DNA of 64,000 bases from Octopus vulgaris (Eukaryota), in contig OX597816.1 of NCBI GenBank assembly GCA_951406725.2, positions 45,570,001 to 45,634,000 of the forward strand, given 5' to 3'. The translations under genes and the position numbers were made by a program. How positions within the stretch are numbered: position 1 is the first letter of the stretch; every line of letters starts with the position of its first letter. Positions 22,991 through 33,091 of this stretch are shown here, piece by piece. The notes under the pieces were generated by a model that ran no database searches, was not told the origin of the DNA, and saw nothing but the letters and a program-made list of their open reading frames with translations.

Positions 22991-23701
22991 CTGAATGGAT
23001 GAAAGGCATTGTCAACCTTGGCAGAATTTGAAATCAGAATGTGAAGATGTACAAAATATCACTAAGCATTTTGCCTGACATGCTAAAAATTCTACCAGCT
23101 TGTTGCCGCCTTGTACTAAATTATGAATTTCAGATTATGTCAGGACAAACCCCACAGGATTGATGGTTTTAAAGTTGACAAGGTCAAGGACAATTTGTTA
23201 TCAAGTGTGTACATGTGCAGTAAGCAGGTATCAGTCCATCATGTTGAGCTCTAAGCTGACCCTTTGGCAATCAAAGAATAGTTTATGATAATTTTTTTCT
23301 CCAACAATAGACAGGAGTTAGCCTTGTGATCCCCATGATGATATTTCACCATTTTCACTTATATTCTTCATCTCCACTGACCATACTCCTTGCCCTCATT
23401 TTCTCTTCCTTCATCTTTAACCATGTCTTTCTTGATTATCCCTTTCCTCTGCTTCTGAGTTAATTTTGTCACCCCTCTCACCCAGTCATTTTAATTCTTT
23501 CTCAGCACATGATCCAACCACTTCATCCCATTTTTCTTTACAACCTCCATCTCTGGTTCTATTGTCATTATCCATTGAAATACATTTTTTCATCTTCCTG
23601 TCTCTCTCAGCAATACTCTGCTCATCCACCAACCCATTCTCTTTTCTTTCAAGTCTTCTCTGCTATTCTATATTCATCACCTGTTCCACTAGGTTCCTCA
23701 C

Positions 23702-23933
23702 AAGGTGGCGAGCTGGCAGAAACGTTGGCACGCCGGGCGAAATGCGTAGCCGTATTTCGTCTGCCGTTACGTTCTGAGTTCAAATTCCGCCGAGGTCGAC
23801 TTTGCCTTTCATCCTTTTGGGGTCAATTAAGTAAGTACCAGTTACGCACTGGGGTCGATATAATCGACTTAATCCCTTTGTCTGTCCTTGTTTGTTTTCT
23901 CTATGTTTAGCCCCTTGTGGGTAGTAAAGAAAT
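23702..23933 (+). mobile_element. SINE family B with TSD
   Basis: Consensus match; TSD taggttc(c/t)tcaca. Confidence 0.9.
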
Positions 23934-24736
23934 AGGTTCTTCACAGGCAAAGAACACAGGTACAAGATTTTCTGGGGTCGGGGGCATGGGTATATTTCTT
24001 GCTTAAGTTCTTCAATGGTAGAATGCTTGTCAGGTTTACAAGTGCTGTATGAGTTCAAATCCTACAGGCAGCCTCCAACTTTTTCTTTCCAAAGGGATTT
24101 TTAACCTAATATTTATATATATATATATATATATAGTGCAGCCATGGCTGTGTGGTTAGTAGCTTGCTGCCCAGTTGCATGGTTCCAGGTTCAGTCCCAC
24201 TGTGTGACACCTTGGGCAAGTGTCTTCTACTATAGCTTCGGGTTGACCAAAGCCTTGGGAGTGGATTTGGTAGATGGAAACTGAAAGAAGCTTGTTGTAT
24301 ATATGTATATATCTATGTATGTATATCTTTGTGCCTTTGTCCCCTTCATCACCGCATGACAACTGGTGATGGTGTGTTTACGTTGCTGTAATTTAGCGGT
24401 TCAGTAAAAGAGACTGATAGAATAAGTACCAGGCTTCAAAACATAAGCACTGGGGGTCGATACATTCGACTAAAAATTCTCCAATGTAGTGCTCCAGCAT
24501 GGCCGCTGTCAAAGTAAAAGATAGAATATATACATAATTACATATACGAAGACATGTGGTTTCATAGTTAGGGCATTTAGCTCATAATCCTAGGATCATG
24601 AGTTCGGTTGCTGGCAACATGTTTTTCACACTGTGTCCATTCCACTCAGCTGGCAAAAATGAGTTGCACCTCTGTTTCAAAGGTCCAGCCTTGTCATATT
24701 CTGAGCTGTGCTGAATCTCTCTGAGAACTACATTAA

Positions 24737-24956
24737 CCCTTTCGTTACCAACCAGGCTGAAACCAGCTCTGGCTCTGAGTACAAATGTCTTGTTTTCAAA
24801 AGTTTTGAATCAAAATCTTCCACCAAACCTTAGTCACAATTTATGTTCCTAAGACTAGCTTAAAGATAACTAAGTCATTTTACTAAATTCTTTGTTATAT
24901 TTAAAGTAATTGAAAGAAACACGGAGCATCTCAAAATAAACACAGTAACGAAAGGT
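24737..24956. mobile_element. piggyBac-like MITE nested in a SINE
   Basis: TTAA|ccctttcgttac ... gtaacgaaaggt|TTAA. Decayed relative at about 45710-45915; another TTAA-CCC family at about 55273-55480. Confidence 0.8.
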
Positions 24957-25101
24957 TTAAGAGTATATGTGTCTGTGGAATGCTCAGCCATATGCACATT
25001 AATTATTTCATGAGCCAGCTGTTTTCTTGCTCAGACCAACTTGAGCCCTTGTCACTGTAATCAACAGGGTGCCAGTATATATATATATATATATATATAT
25101 A

Positions 25102-26017
25102 TTGCATTTCTTGCGATATGCGTAAGCTCGCAAGAAATGAAGCCAGTATGCTCCGATGGATGTGTAATGCCAGTGTTCATACCCGACAGAGTGTAAGTGC
25201 CTTGAGAGAAAAGTTGGACCTAAGAAGCATCAGCTGTGGTGTGCAAGAGAGACGTCTACGCTGGTATGGACACTTGGTAAGAATGGATGAAGATAGTTGT
25301 GTGAAAAAGTGCCACACCCTAGCGGTTGAGGGAACCTGTGGAAGAGGTAAACCCAGGAAAACCTGGGATGAGGTGGTGAAACACGACCTTCGCTCTTTAG
25401 GTCTCATCGAGGAAATGACCAGAGACCTTTGGAAGTATGCTGTGCGTGAGAAGACCCGGCAGGACAAGTGAGGCCATAACCCGTGGCCCCTACCTGGGAC
25501 GTAGTCAGTCCACCTGTGCATACCTTCATTCTTGGGACACATAACTCTACTTGTGAAGACCTGTTGAAGCAAGTGAAAATCAAAAATCAAAGAATCAAAT
25601 CAGAATCGAAATCGATCAACATCAATGGAATTTGTAGTTTATGGTACCAGTGCCGGTGGCACATAAGAGAACCACCCGAACGTGGCCGTAGCCAGCACCG
25701 CATCGACTGGCCTCCGTGCTGCTGGCACGTGACAAACACCATCCAATCGTGGCCGTGCCAGCTTCGCCTGGCCTCTGTGCCGGTGGCACGTAAAAAACAC
25801 CATCCGAGCGTGGCCGTTTGCCAGCCTCGTCTGGCACCTGTGTCAGTGGCACATAAAAAGCACCCACTACACTCACGGAGTGGTTGGCGTTAGGAAGGTC
25901 ATCCAGCTGTAGAAACACCGCCAGATCTGACTGGCCTGGTGCAGCCTTCGGGCTTCCCAGACCCCAGTTGAACCGTCCAACCCATGCTAGCATGGAAAGC
26001 GGACGTTAAACGATGAT
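25102..26017 (+). mobile_element. 5'-truncated RTE LINE, same family as 13368-14561
   Basis: RNEASMLRWMC...RRLRWYGH...GRGKPRKTW; 3' UTR with ~55-nt internal repeats; ends gttaaacgatgat. Confidence 0.92.
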
Positions 26018-26035
26018 TATATATATATATATATT

Positions 26036-26882
26036 CGTACGAGCATGGGAGTGCGCCGGCGGAGATAGCCCTAGCGAGGTGATTGCGGCTGCGCTGAAGA
26101 GCAGAGGCTACAAGAGGACAGCGGCTCAGATGGAGCGAAAGAGACAGGAATTCGTGCGCTCATATGCGCTTGTACGGTCGCACATTGGCGCACTTGATGC
26201 CATCTTTGAGAACGAGCGGGGCAAAGATGGCAAGAATGGAGACGATGAAAGAAGTCACCCCCACCTGGTGGATGCCCGGGAGGAGGTTTTGAATGAGAAA
26301 CCTGCCCGGGAAGTGAACCCAGGTGCAAGTTCTCCAACCGGCAGCAAGGGCCATGGAGACGGAGAACCCGGTGAAGAGGTAGAGGGAGGAAGAAGAACTA
26401 AAAGAAGGACTGGAAGAGCTAAAGGAAAAGAAAAAGCTCAAGCAGGACCAACCAGGAATAGAAGTGGAACCAAACAGCGCACACGGGTGTGTATGTTCTA
26501 CCTGAGAGGTTCCTGCTGGCATGGAAAGGAAGGTGCAGGCTGCCGCTTTGCACATCGGGGACCCTGCCACAGAGACACGAGGCAGATGGACAAACCATCA
26601 ACACAAAGAAAAGGGATGGACCACGCACCACCTGCCCCAAAGCGGAGGTACGCAGATGTTGTGCGCGCCACAAACAGCCAACATGATGTTGTCGAAAGAG
26701 CAGCTGCTGAGCAACAATCTTTTTTGTGCATGGCACAAAAGATTGTACAGCAGCTAACCTGGCTTCATCAAACCCAAGCCCGCAGGTGGGACTACCCACT
26801 ATATACCAGACCACCACAGCAAACAGACACAGGATGGACACCGCCGGCAACAACGTACACCTCACCTCGATGCTCCTACTGA
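26036..26882 (+). CDS. LINE ORF1: trihelix/Myb-SANT-like motif, basic low-complexity region, CCCH zinc finger (true start uncertain)
   Basis: IAAALKSRGYKRTAAQMERKRQEFVRSY; CMFYLRGSCWHGKEGAGCRFAH (C-x7-C-x8-C-x3-H); YADVV motif. The ORF-track start at 26013 lies in the flanking repeat. Confidence 0.8.
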
Positions 26883-29830
26883 ACATCAGAGGACTGCAAA
26901 CACTCAGTTACAGGACAAAGATCCCGTTCCTGAGAGACTTTGTTGCATGCAATCAAGCCTTATGCATAGCACTTACAGAAACGCACCTGAAACCGGACAT
27001 AGCAGATGCGGAGTTACACATACCACAGTATGCTGTACTACGGACCGACAGGAAAGAAAGGAGTCATGGAGGTGTTGCTATGTACATCCGTGAGGACCTC
27101 ACACCCCAGGTCCTCTTGTCATACTCAAACTCGGTGTGTGACACACTAATTGTACATATTAGGCAACTTGATGTAGTTGTGTGTGCTACATATCGCCCTC
27201 CAGATGCCGCAAGCCATGTGGGCAAGTTTGAAGACTGCCTTATAAAAATAGAAGAAATTCTAACCACATTAGAACAACACATAGGTGTGCTTCTTATGGG
27301 AGACTTCAATCTGCCCAATGTCAGATGGCCCGAGGGCCTTTCTCTGCCAGGAATGACAAGATGTGAACGAGGACAGGCGAGGTCCCTCCTGAACCTCATC
27401 AACACCCTGTACATGGAGCAGGTAATACTCCAATCAACCAGGGCAGGTAACACACTGGATCTCTGCTTCACAAATGACACGGATCTCATCCATAATGTGA
27501 AAGTGACACCGACACTACTCTCGGATCACAACATGATAGAGCTGACCATGTACGGGCCAAAAGAGAGCACGGACATGCAGCCTACAAGAAACCCTCAAAA
27601 TCTTTCCAGCTTGAACTACCATAAGGCAAACTGGAAACAAATTGAGAAAGAGATCCTCAAACAAAACTGGCCTAAATGTCTCTCCTCGCCAGACATCGAC
27701 GTGAAACTTCAACAATTCATGTCTGTAATGCAAGCCATATGCTACAAATGTGTCCCAGAGAGAAAGGCCACTGTACACAAGAACAAAATCCCCAGAGAGA
27801 GGAAAATTTTAATGAGACGGCGTACAAAATTTTCAAATCGCCTAAACAAACAGATTGAAAGCAGTGAAAAGTCCCGCCTAAAAATAAAACTGTTGGAAAT
27901 CGAAAAATGTCTGCAACTCTCCCATGAAAAAGAAAGAGCAGACAAAGAAGCCTGGGCTATAGAAAACATAAAATCTAACCCCAGAGCTTTCTACAGGTAT
28001 GCCAAAGAAACAGCTACAGTGCACTGTAGAATAGGGCCACTCCTCGAAAAGGATGGCACACTTACAGGAAAACCAATGAGGGTAAGTGAAATACTGAATG
28101 AGCAATTCAAGAGTGTTTTCACTCCACCCCTTGGGCATCTCCAAATCACCAATCCAACTGACTTTTTTACCACTGCAGATATAAAATCAGAGGCGGCGAC
28201 GATAGATTACATCGATATAAAGGAAGACGATGTAACCAAGGCTATAGATGAAATGAAAACAGACTCAGCTACTGGCCCCGATGGATTCCCGGCAATCCTC
28301 CTAAAAGCATGTAAGAGAGTCCTAGCAAGACCACTGCAGTTCCTCTTTCAGAGCTTCCTTGCAGCTGGCAAACTTCCAGGAAAACTGAAGGAAGGTAAAA
28401 TATGCCCCATTCATAAAGGAGGTAGCAGAGCGGAAGCCAAGAACTATAGACCTATCTCTCTGACCTCACACATCAGCAAGGTCATGGAACGAATAGTCAG
28501 AAGGAAGCTGATCACCTTCCTTGAAGAGAATGACTTGCTGCCCGACACCCAACATGGTTTCCGACCAGGGAGAAGCTGTTTAACTCAGCTCCTACAACAC
28601 TATGACTGGGTGCTGAAACGGCTGCTCAACCACTCAAATGTGGAAGTGATATATCTCGACTTTGCAAAGGCCTTTGATAAAGTCGATCATGGAATGATAT
28701 GTCACAAACTGCGTGATCTCAACATAGTTGGAAAACTGGGAGAATGGCTTCATGACTTTCTGAAGGATAGAAGTCAGGTGGTAGTAGCCAATGGGGCCAC
28801 CTCCATTAACACACAAATAGTGAGCGGTGTTCCGCAGGGCACTGTTCTGGGACCACTACTGTTCATAATGTCCCTCTCAGACATGCCCTCAGCCACGCAG
28901 AGAGCCACGATCACAAGTTATGCAGATGATACAAAAGTTTCACAGGCAATACAGAACCCTGAGGACACTAAACACCTGCAATGTGAGCTGGACGAAATAT
29001 ACAAGTGGGCTGAAAAGAATAGCATGCAGTTCAATGCTGGAAAGTTTCAAGCTTTATACTATCAGCATGCAAAACTGAATGCAATACCCAATGAATACAC
29101 TGGACCCGGAGGGATTGCAATCCCAGAGGCACAATCAGTGCGTGACCTGGGTATTCACATGAGTGATGACGCGACCTTTCATGTACATGTTGCTAAACTG
29201 ACAATGAAATGTAGACGGCTGGCTGGATGGATTCTTAGAACCTTTAGAACAAGAGAACAAGAAACCATGATGGTCCTCTGGAAGACACTTGTCCTAAGCC
29301 ACTTTGACTATTGCTCTCAGCTATGGTCACCATCCAGTGTCAAGTTGATCACAGAACTTGAGGCGATCCAACGAAGCTACACAAAGAAGATAGCCTCTAT
29401 GCAGAATGTAAGCTACTGGGAAAGACTCAAGAGATTAAAATTATATTCCCTGGAGCGTAGGCGGGAAAGATATGCCATAATATACATCTGGAAGATCCTG
29501 GAGGGAAGTGTCCTGAACTTTGGCATCGAGAGTTACGCAAATGCCAGAACTGGGCGCCACTGCGTGGTGCCTAGGACTCCAAACCTGCCATCAAGATGTA
29601 GGACAAGATTCTGTGATAGCCTGGGCTTCCGAGGCCCACAGCTCTTCAATATCCTCCCGAAGAACCTGAGAGACCTGCATGGGGTGGATACAGATGTCTT
29701 TAAAATGAAGCTGGATCTCTTCCTGTCAGGTGTCCCAGATGAACCAACTTCACGGCAGGAGGGGCAGATGAGGGCAGCTGCATCGAACTCTCTCATGCAC
29801 CAAATAGCAGTTGCTAGAAAGCCTCCATGA
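26726..29830 (+). CDS. LINE ORF2: apurinic-like endonuclease plus reverse transcriptase (first ATG at 26834)
   Basis: APE motifs LNIRGL, LTETHL, YRPP, GDFN, LDL, SDHN. RT motifs GPDGF, YRPISLTS, QHGFR, DFAKAFDKV, GVPQGTVLGPLLF, YADD, RDLG. CR1-like C-terminus SLERRRER. Confidence 0.97.
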   Translation: MHGTKDCTAANLASSNPSPQVGLPTIYQTTTANRHRMDTAGNNVHLTSMLLLNIRGLQTLSYRTKIPFLRDFVACNQALCIALTETHLKPDIADAELHIPQYAVLRTDRKERSHGGVAMYIREDLTPQVLLSYSNSVCDTLIVHIRQLDVVVCATYRPPDAASHVGKFEDCLIKIEEILTTLEQHIGVLLMGDFNLPNVRWPEGLSLPGMTRCERGQARSLLNLINTLYMEQVILQSTRAGNTLDLCFTNDTDLIHNVKVTPTLLSDHNMIELTMYGPKESTDMQPTRNPQNLSSLNYHKANWKQIEKEILKQNWPKCLSSPDIDVKLQQFMSVMQAICYKCVPERKATVHKNKIPRERKILMRRRTKFSNRLNKQIESSEKSRLKIKLLEIEKCLQLSHEKERADKEAWAIENIKSNPRAFYRYAKETATVHCRIGPLLEKDGTLTGKPMRVSEILNEQFKSVFTPPLGHLQITNPTDFFTTADIKSEAATIDYIDIKEDDVTKAIDEMKTDSATGPDGFPAILLKACKRVLARPLQFLFQSFLAAGKLPGKLKEGKICPIHKGGSRAEAKNYRPISLTSHISKVMERIVRRKLITFLEENDLLPDTQHGFRPGRSCLTQLLQHYDWVLKRLLNHSNVEVIYLDFAKAFDKVDHGMICHKLRDLNIVGKLGEWLHDFLKDRSQVVVANGATSINTQIVSGVPQGTVLGPLLFIMSLSDMPSATQRATITSYADDTKVSQAIQNPEDTKHLQCELDEIYKWAEKNSMQFNAGKFQALYYQHAKLNAIPNEYTGPGGIAIPEAQSVRDLGIHMSDDATFHVHVAKLTMKCRRLAGWILRTFRTREQETMMVLWKTLVLSHFDYCSQLWSPSSVKLITELEAIQRSYTKKIASMQNVSYWERLKRLKLYSLERRRERYAIIYIWKILEGSVLNFGIESYANARTGRHCVVPRTPNLPSRCRTRFCDSLGFRGPQLFNILPKNLRDLHGVDTDVFKMKLDLFLSGVPDEPTSRQEGQMRAAASNSLMHQIAVARKPP

Positions 29831-29930
29831 AGTGAAACCAAGTAGCAACACCAAATGGCGGTGCCCCAGCATGGCCACAGCTCATAAGCTGAAACTAGAA
29901 TCAATCAATCAATCAATCATATATATATAT

Positions 29931-31099
29931 ATAATTAAAAAGAAATGTAAACATACATTATGAAGGATACATCATAAACAATAATTATTTGTGAACATAT
30001 CAATGGCCAAACATGTAATAATAAATTACAAGTGTGTTTATAGTTATGAATAAATCACAATTATAACGGAGCGGGTTGCAAAAACCCTTACATGTTTAGA
30101 AATAGCAGTCAAAAACCACTATTATCACTCCTATTTTATCTCCTCACAATAAAGCTGTCTGTGAGAAACATGACATATAAAATCCACAATTTAAAAATAA
30201 AAGGTTAATTCTCTATTGCAATTATATATATATACCATATTGTAAAATAACAGAGATAAACAATATAACGGTTTCTCTCCATTATAACTGTGATTTATTC
30301 ATAATTATAAACCCTGTTCTTTTGTGTAATTTATTATTACATGTTTGGCCACTGATATATTCATAAATAATTAATAATTGTTTATGATATTTCGTAATGT
30401 ATTTTTACACTTTTTCTTAATTATTTCATTTCCTCCTGTCTTTTCCTATAAACGCTGTGCATGACACTGGAATTCAGAATTTGAATGTGCAGATAGAGGT
30501 TGACACATTATTCTTGTTGGTCGGGATACATGTAAGCCCTAAGGTATGATTCTGTATCAATTTGTATCTATAAGAATATTCTCCTGATGAGAAGACTAGA
30601 ACTGTTATGTTGTTCAAATCTGTTATTTTACAATACAGTATATAATATGGTGTGGAAGCATGTGGCTTAGTGGTTAGGGTGTCAGCATCATGATCATAAG
30701 ATTGTGGTTTCGATTCCTGGACTGGGCGACGCATTGTGTTCTTGAGCAAAACAATTCATTTCACGTTGCTGCAGTTCACTCAGCTGGCAAAAATGAGTAA
30801 TGCTGCAATGGACTGGCGTCCCATCCAGCTGGGGAACACATACGCCATAAAAACTGCAAAACCGGGCCCATGAGCTTGGCTAGGCTTTAAAAAGGGTACG
30901 TTTATTTTTTTTTTATATAACATGGTATAATAAGTTCCAAACTTCGAAATTGCAGTTGAGAATTAATCATTTATTTTTAAATTGTGGATTTTATATGTCA
31001 TGTTGCTCACAGATAGCTTTATTGTGAGAAGATAAAATATGAGTAATAATAGTGGCCTTATAGTAGTTTTAGACTGCTATTTCTCAACATGTAAGGGTT
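29931..31099. repeat. AT-rich element made of interleaved inverted repeats
   Basis: 29931-30070 pairs with 30276-30425; 30083-30222 with 30945-31099; 30225-30275 with 30599-30648. Confidence 0.85.
30653..30905 (+). mobile_element. tRNA-derived SINE (family A variant) inserted in the inverted-repeat element
   Basis: tggcttagtggttagg A box, ggtttcgattcc B box; 3' half shared with 5690-5795. Confidence 0.8.
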
Positions 31100-33048
31100 C
31101 TTATTATATATATATGTGTGTGTGTGTGTCTCCACCATTGCATGACAACTGGTGTTGGTTTGTTTATGTCCATATAACTTAGCAGTTTCAGTAAAAATGA
31201 AATCAATAGAATAAATAGCAGACTCAGGGGAATATAAGAACTGGGATCAATTTGACGTCCAAAGAACTGAAACAATGAAAAAATGGAAGAGATATAAAAT
31301 GGAATTAAATTAAACATTAAAAAAAATAATAAAAAACAACAGTCAGTGTACTGCTTCCTATCAAATCCCTTTTTATTAAGCCTTATGTACAAATTTACAG
31401 GTGTGTAGTTTCTTTTGAAGTTCGTTTTTGTTTGTATTTTTTTTTTGTTTTTGTTTTTTTGGGGGGTTTTTCATAACCTTTATTTTTCTGAAATTCATTA
31501 TTGTTTTTTATTCATTTTTTTTTCAATTCCCAAATTCAGCAAGATTAACTACAAAAAGGTTTTTAAAAAAAATTTTTTAAAAAAAAATCCATGTACATTT
31601 GTTATTGCACAATGACACTTTTAATAGTAAAGTATATATGAAAGTAAAGAGGGAGGGGAGTTGACATACGATGTGTGTGTGTGTGTGTGTGTGAGGGCGA
31701 TGCATGCATAAATACATACATGTGCATATATATATATACGCGCACACATACCCTCACACACGATTTAGACAGCATAAAGGATAATAACCCTACAGGGCAA
31801 TGAACAAACACAAGTGTTTAAATCTTAAATTGCTTGCTTCTGTAGAACAAAAAAAAAATTAAATTTTAATTTCAGAGAAAAAAAAAATTTTTTTCTTTAA
31901 ATCTGCATAATGGATTTTTTTTTTTTTTGGTACAAAAATTATTAAAGTGAATAATAATAATAATTATAATCATAATAATAATAATAATGATAATAATTAT
32001 AGTAATAATAATAATCTGCTGTCAGAGTGAGACCAGCTCTTGCAGCAACATGCACACGCACACACAAAAAAAAAAATTAATAATAATAATAATAATAATT
32101 GTATCCAAACAAAAGGTTGATTTATCATGCCGTTCAGGACACTTCATGTTTCCTTCTGTTGGCCAAATTTGCTAGCAATCAAAAATAATTCATGTTTTTT
32201 TTTTTGTTTGTTTATCTTTATCGAGTTACAAGGAAAGGAGTGTCTAAATATGTGTGTGTGTGTTTGTGTATGTATATGCATATATAGGTTCTTTGTGAGA
32301 TATGGAAATGGAAAAATAACAATAAAAAAAAAAAGATAAAAATGTAATTTTCATAAATTAGAGAAATTTGATTCTTTTTCTTTTTGTTTTTTTTTCCTCT
32401 AATAACTTTAGAAATAAACATAAAATTTAATCTGGAATGTGTGCGTGTATGTGTGTTTTTGAATAAACTCATATTGTGTGAGAAGACAGGTAAACAAATT
32501 GAAAACTGAAGGTACGTGTATGCATACATACAGTATGTATGTATGCATGTAACCAAGAGAAGTAAATTAAAATAAAATAGAAAAAGAGAGAAAAATTTTA
32601 ATTGCTATTTTTCCCTCTCTTGGATTAATTGACTTAGCTTAATGAAGACAAGTCATTAAAGTAAATAAAAATATTTTAATATGTTAAACGTATAAACAAT
32701 GTTTTTCATGCTGTTGTTTTTTTTTTTTTTTTTTTTTTGGAGGGGGGTGTGGAAGTAGTGGGGTAGTCAACTCAGCAGTCCAAACATGGTGCAGACATGT
32801 GGAAGTAGTGGTGGTGAGTTTGAGCTAATTGTGATAGATATTTTGCAATCATTTTGCTTGGGTTCTGCGTGTATGAATTTTTATTGCACTTATCTTGCAT
32901 AGCTTCAGACCTTAGGAAAAGGGATTAAACAGAGAAAGAAAGCTGGAATGAGTAATGCAATGGCTATATATATATACACACATACACACACACATGTATA
33001 CAATCAGACCATATGTGCATGTATATGTGTGTGAATATAGTGTATGTT

Positions 33049-33091
<43 letters not shown>

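Larger units (their letters stand above)
26036..29918 (+). mobile_element. Near-full-length, uninterrupted CR1-group LINE (exact clade undetermined), probably slightly 5'-truncated, inserted in (TA)n
   Basis: Two overlapping stop-free ORFs, a short 3' UTR, an (AATC)5 tail at 29899-29918, and (TA)n on both sides. Visibly more GC-rich than the flanks. Confidence 0.95.

Noticed and set aside
26071-29904. Antisense and alternative-frame ORFs over the LINE
   Set aside because: Shadow ORFs of GC-richer coding sequence.
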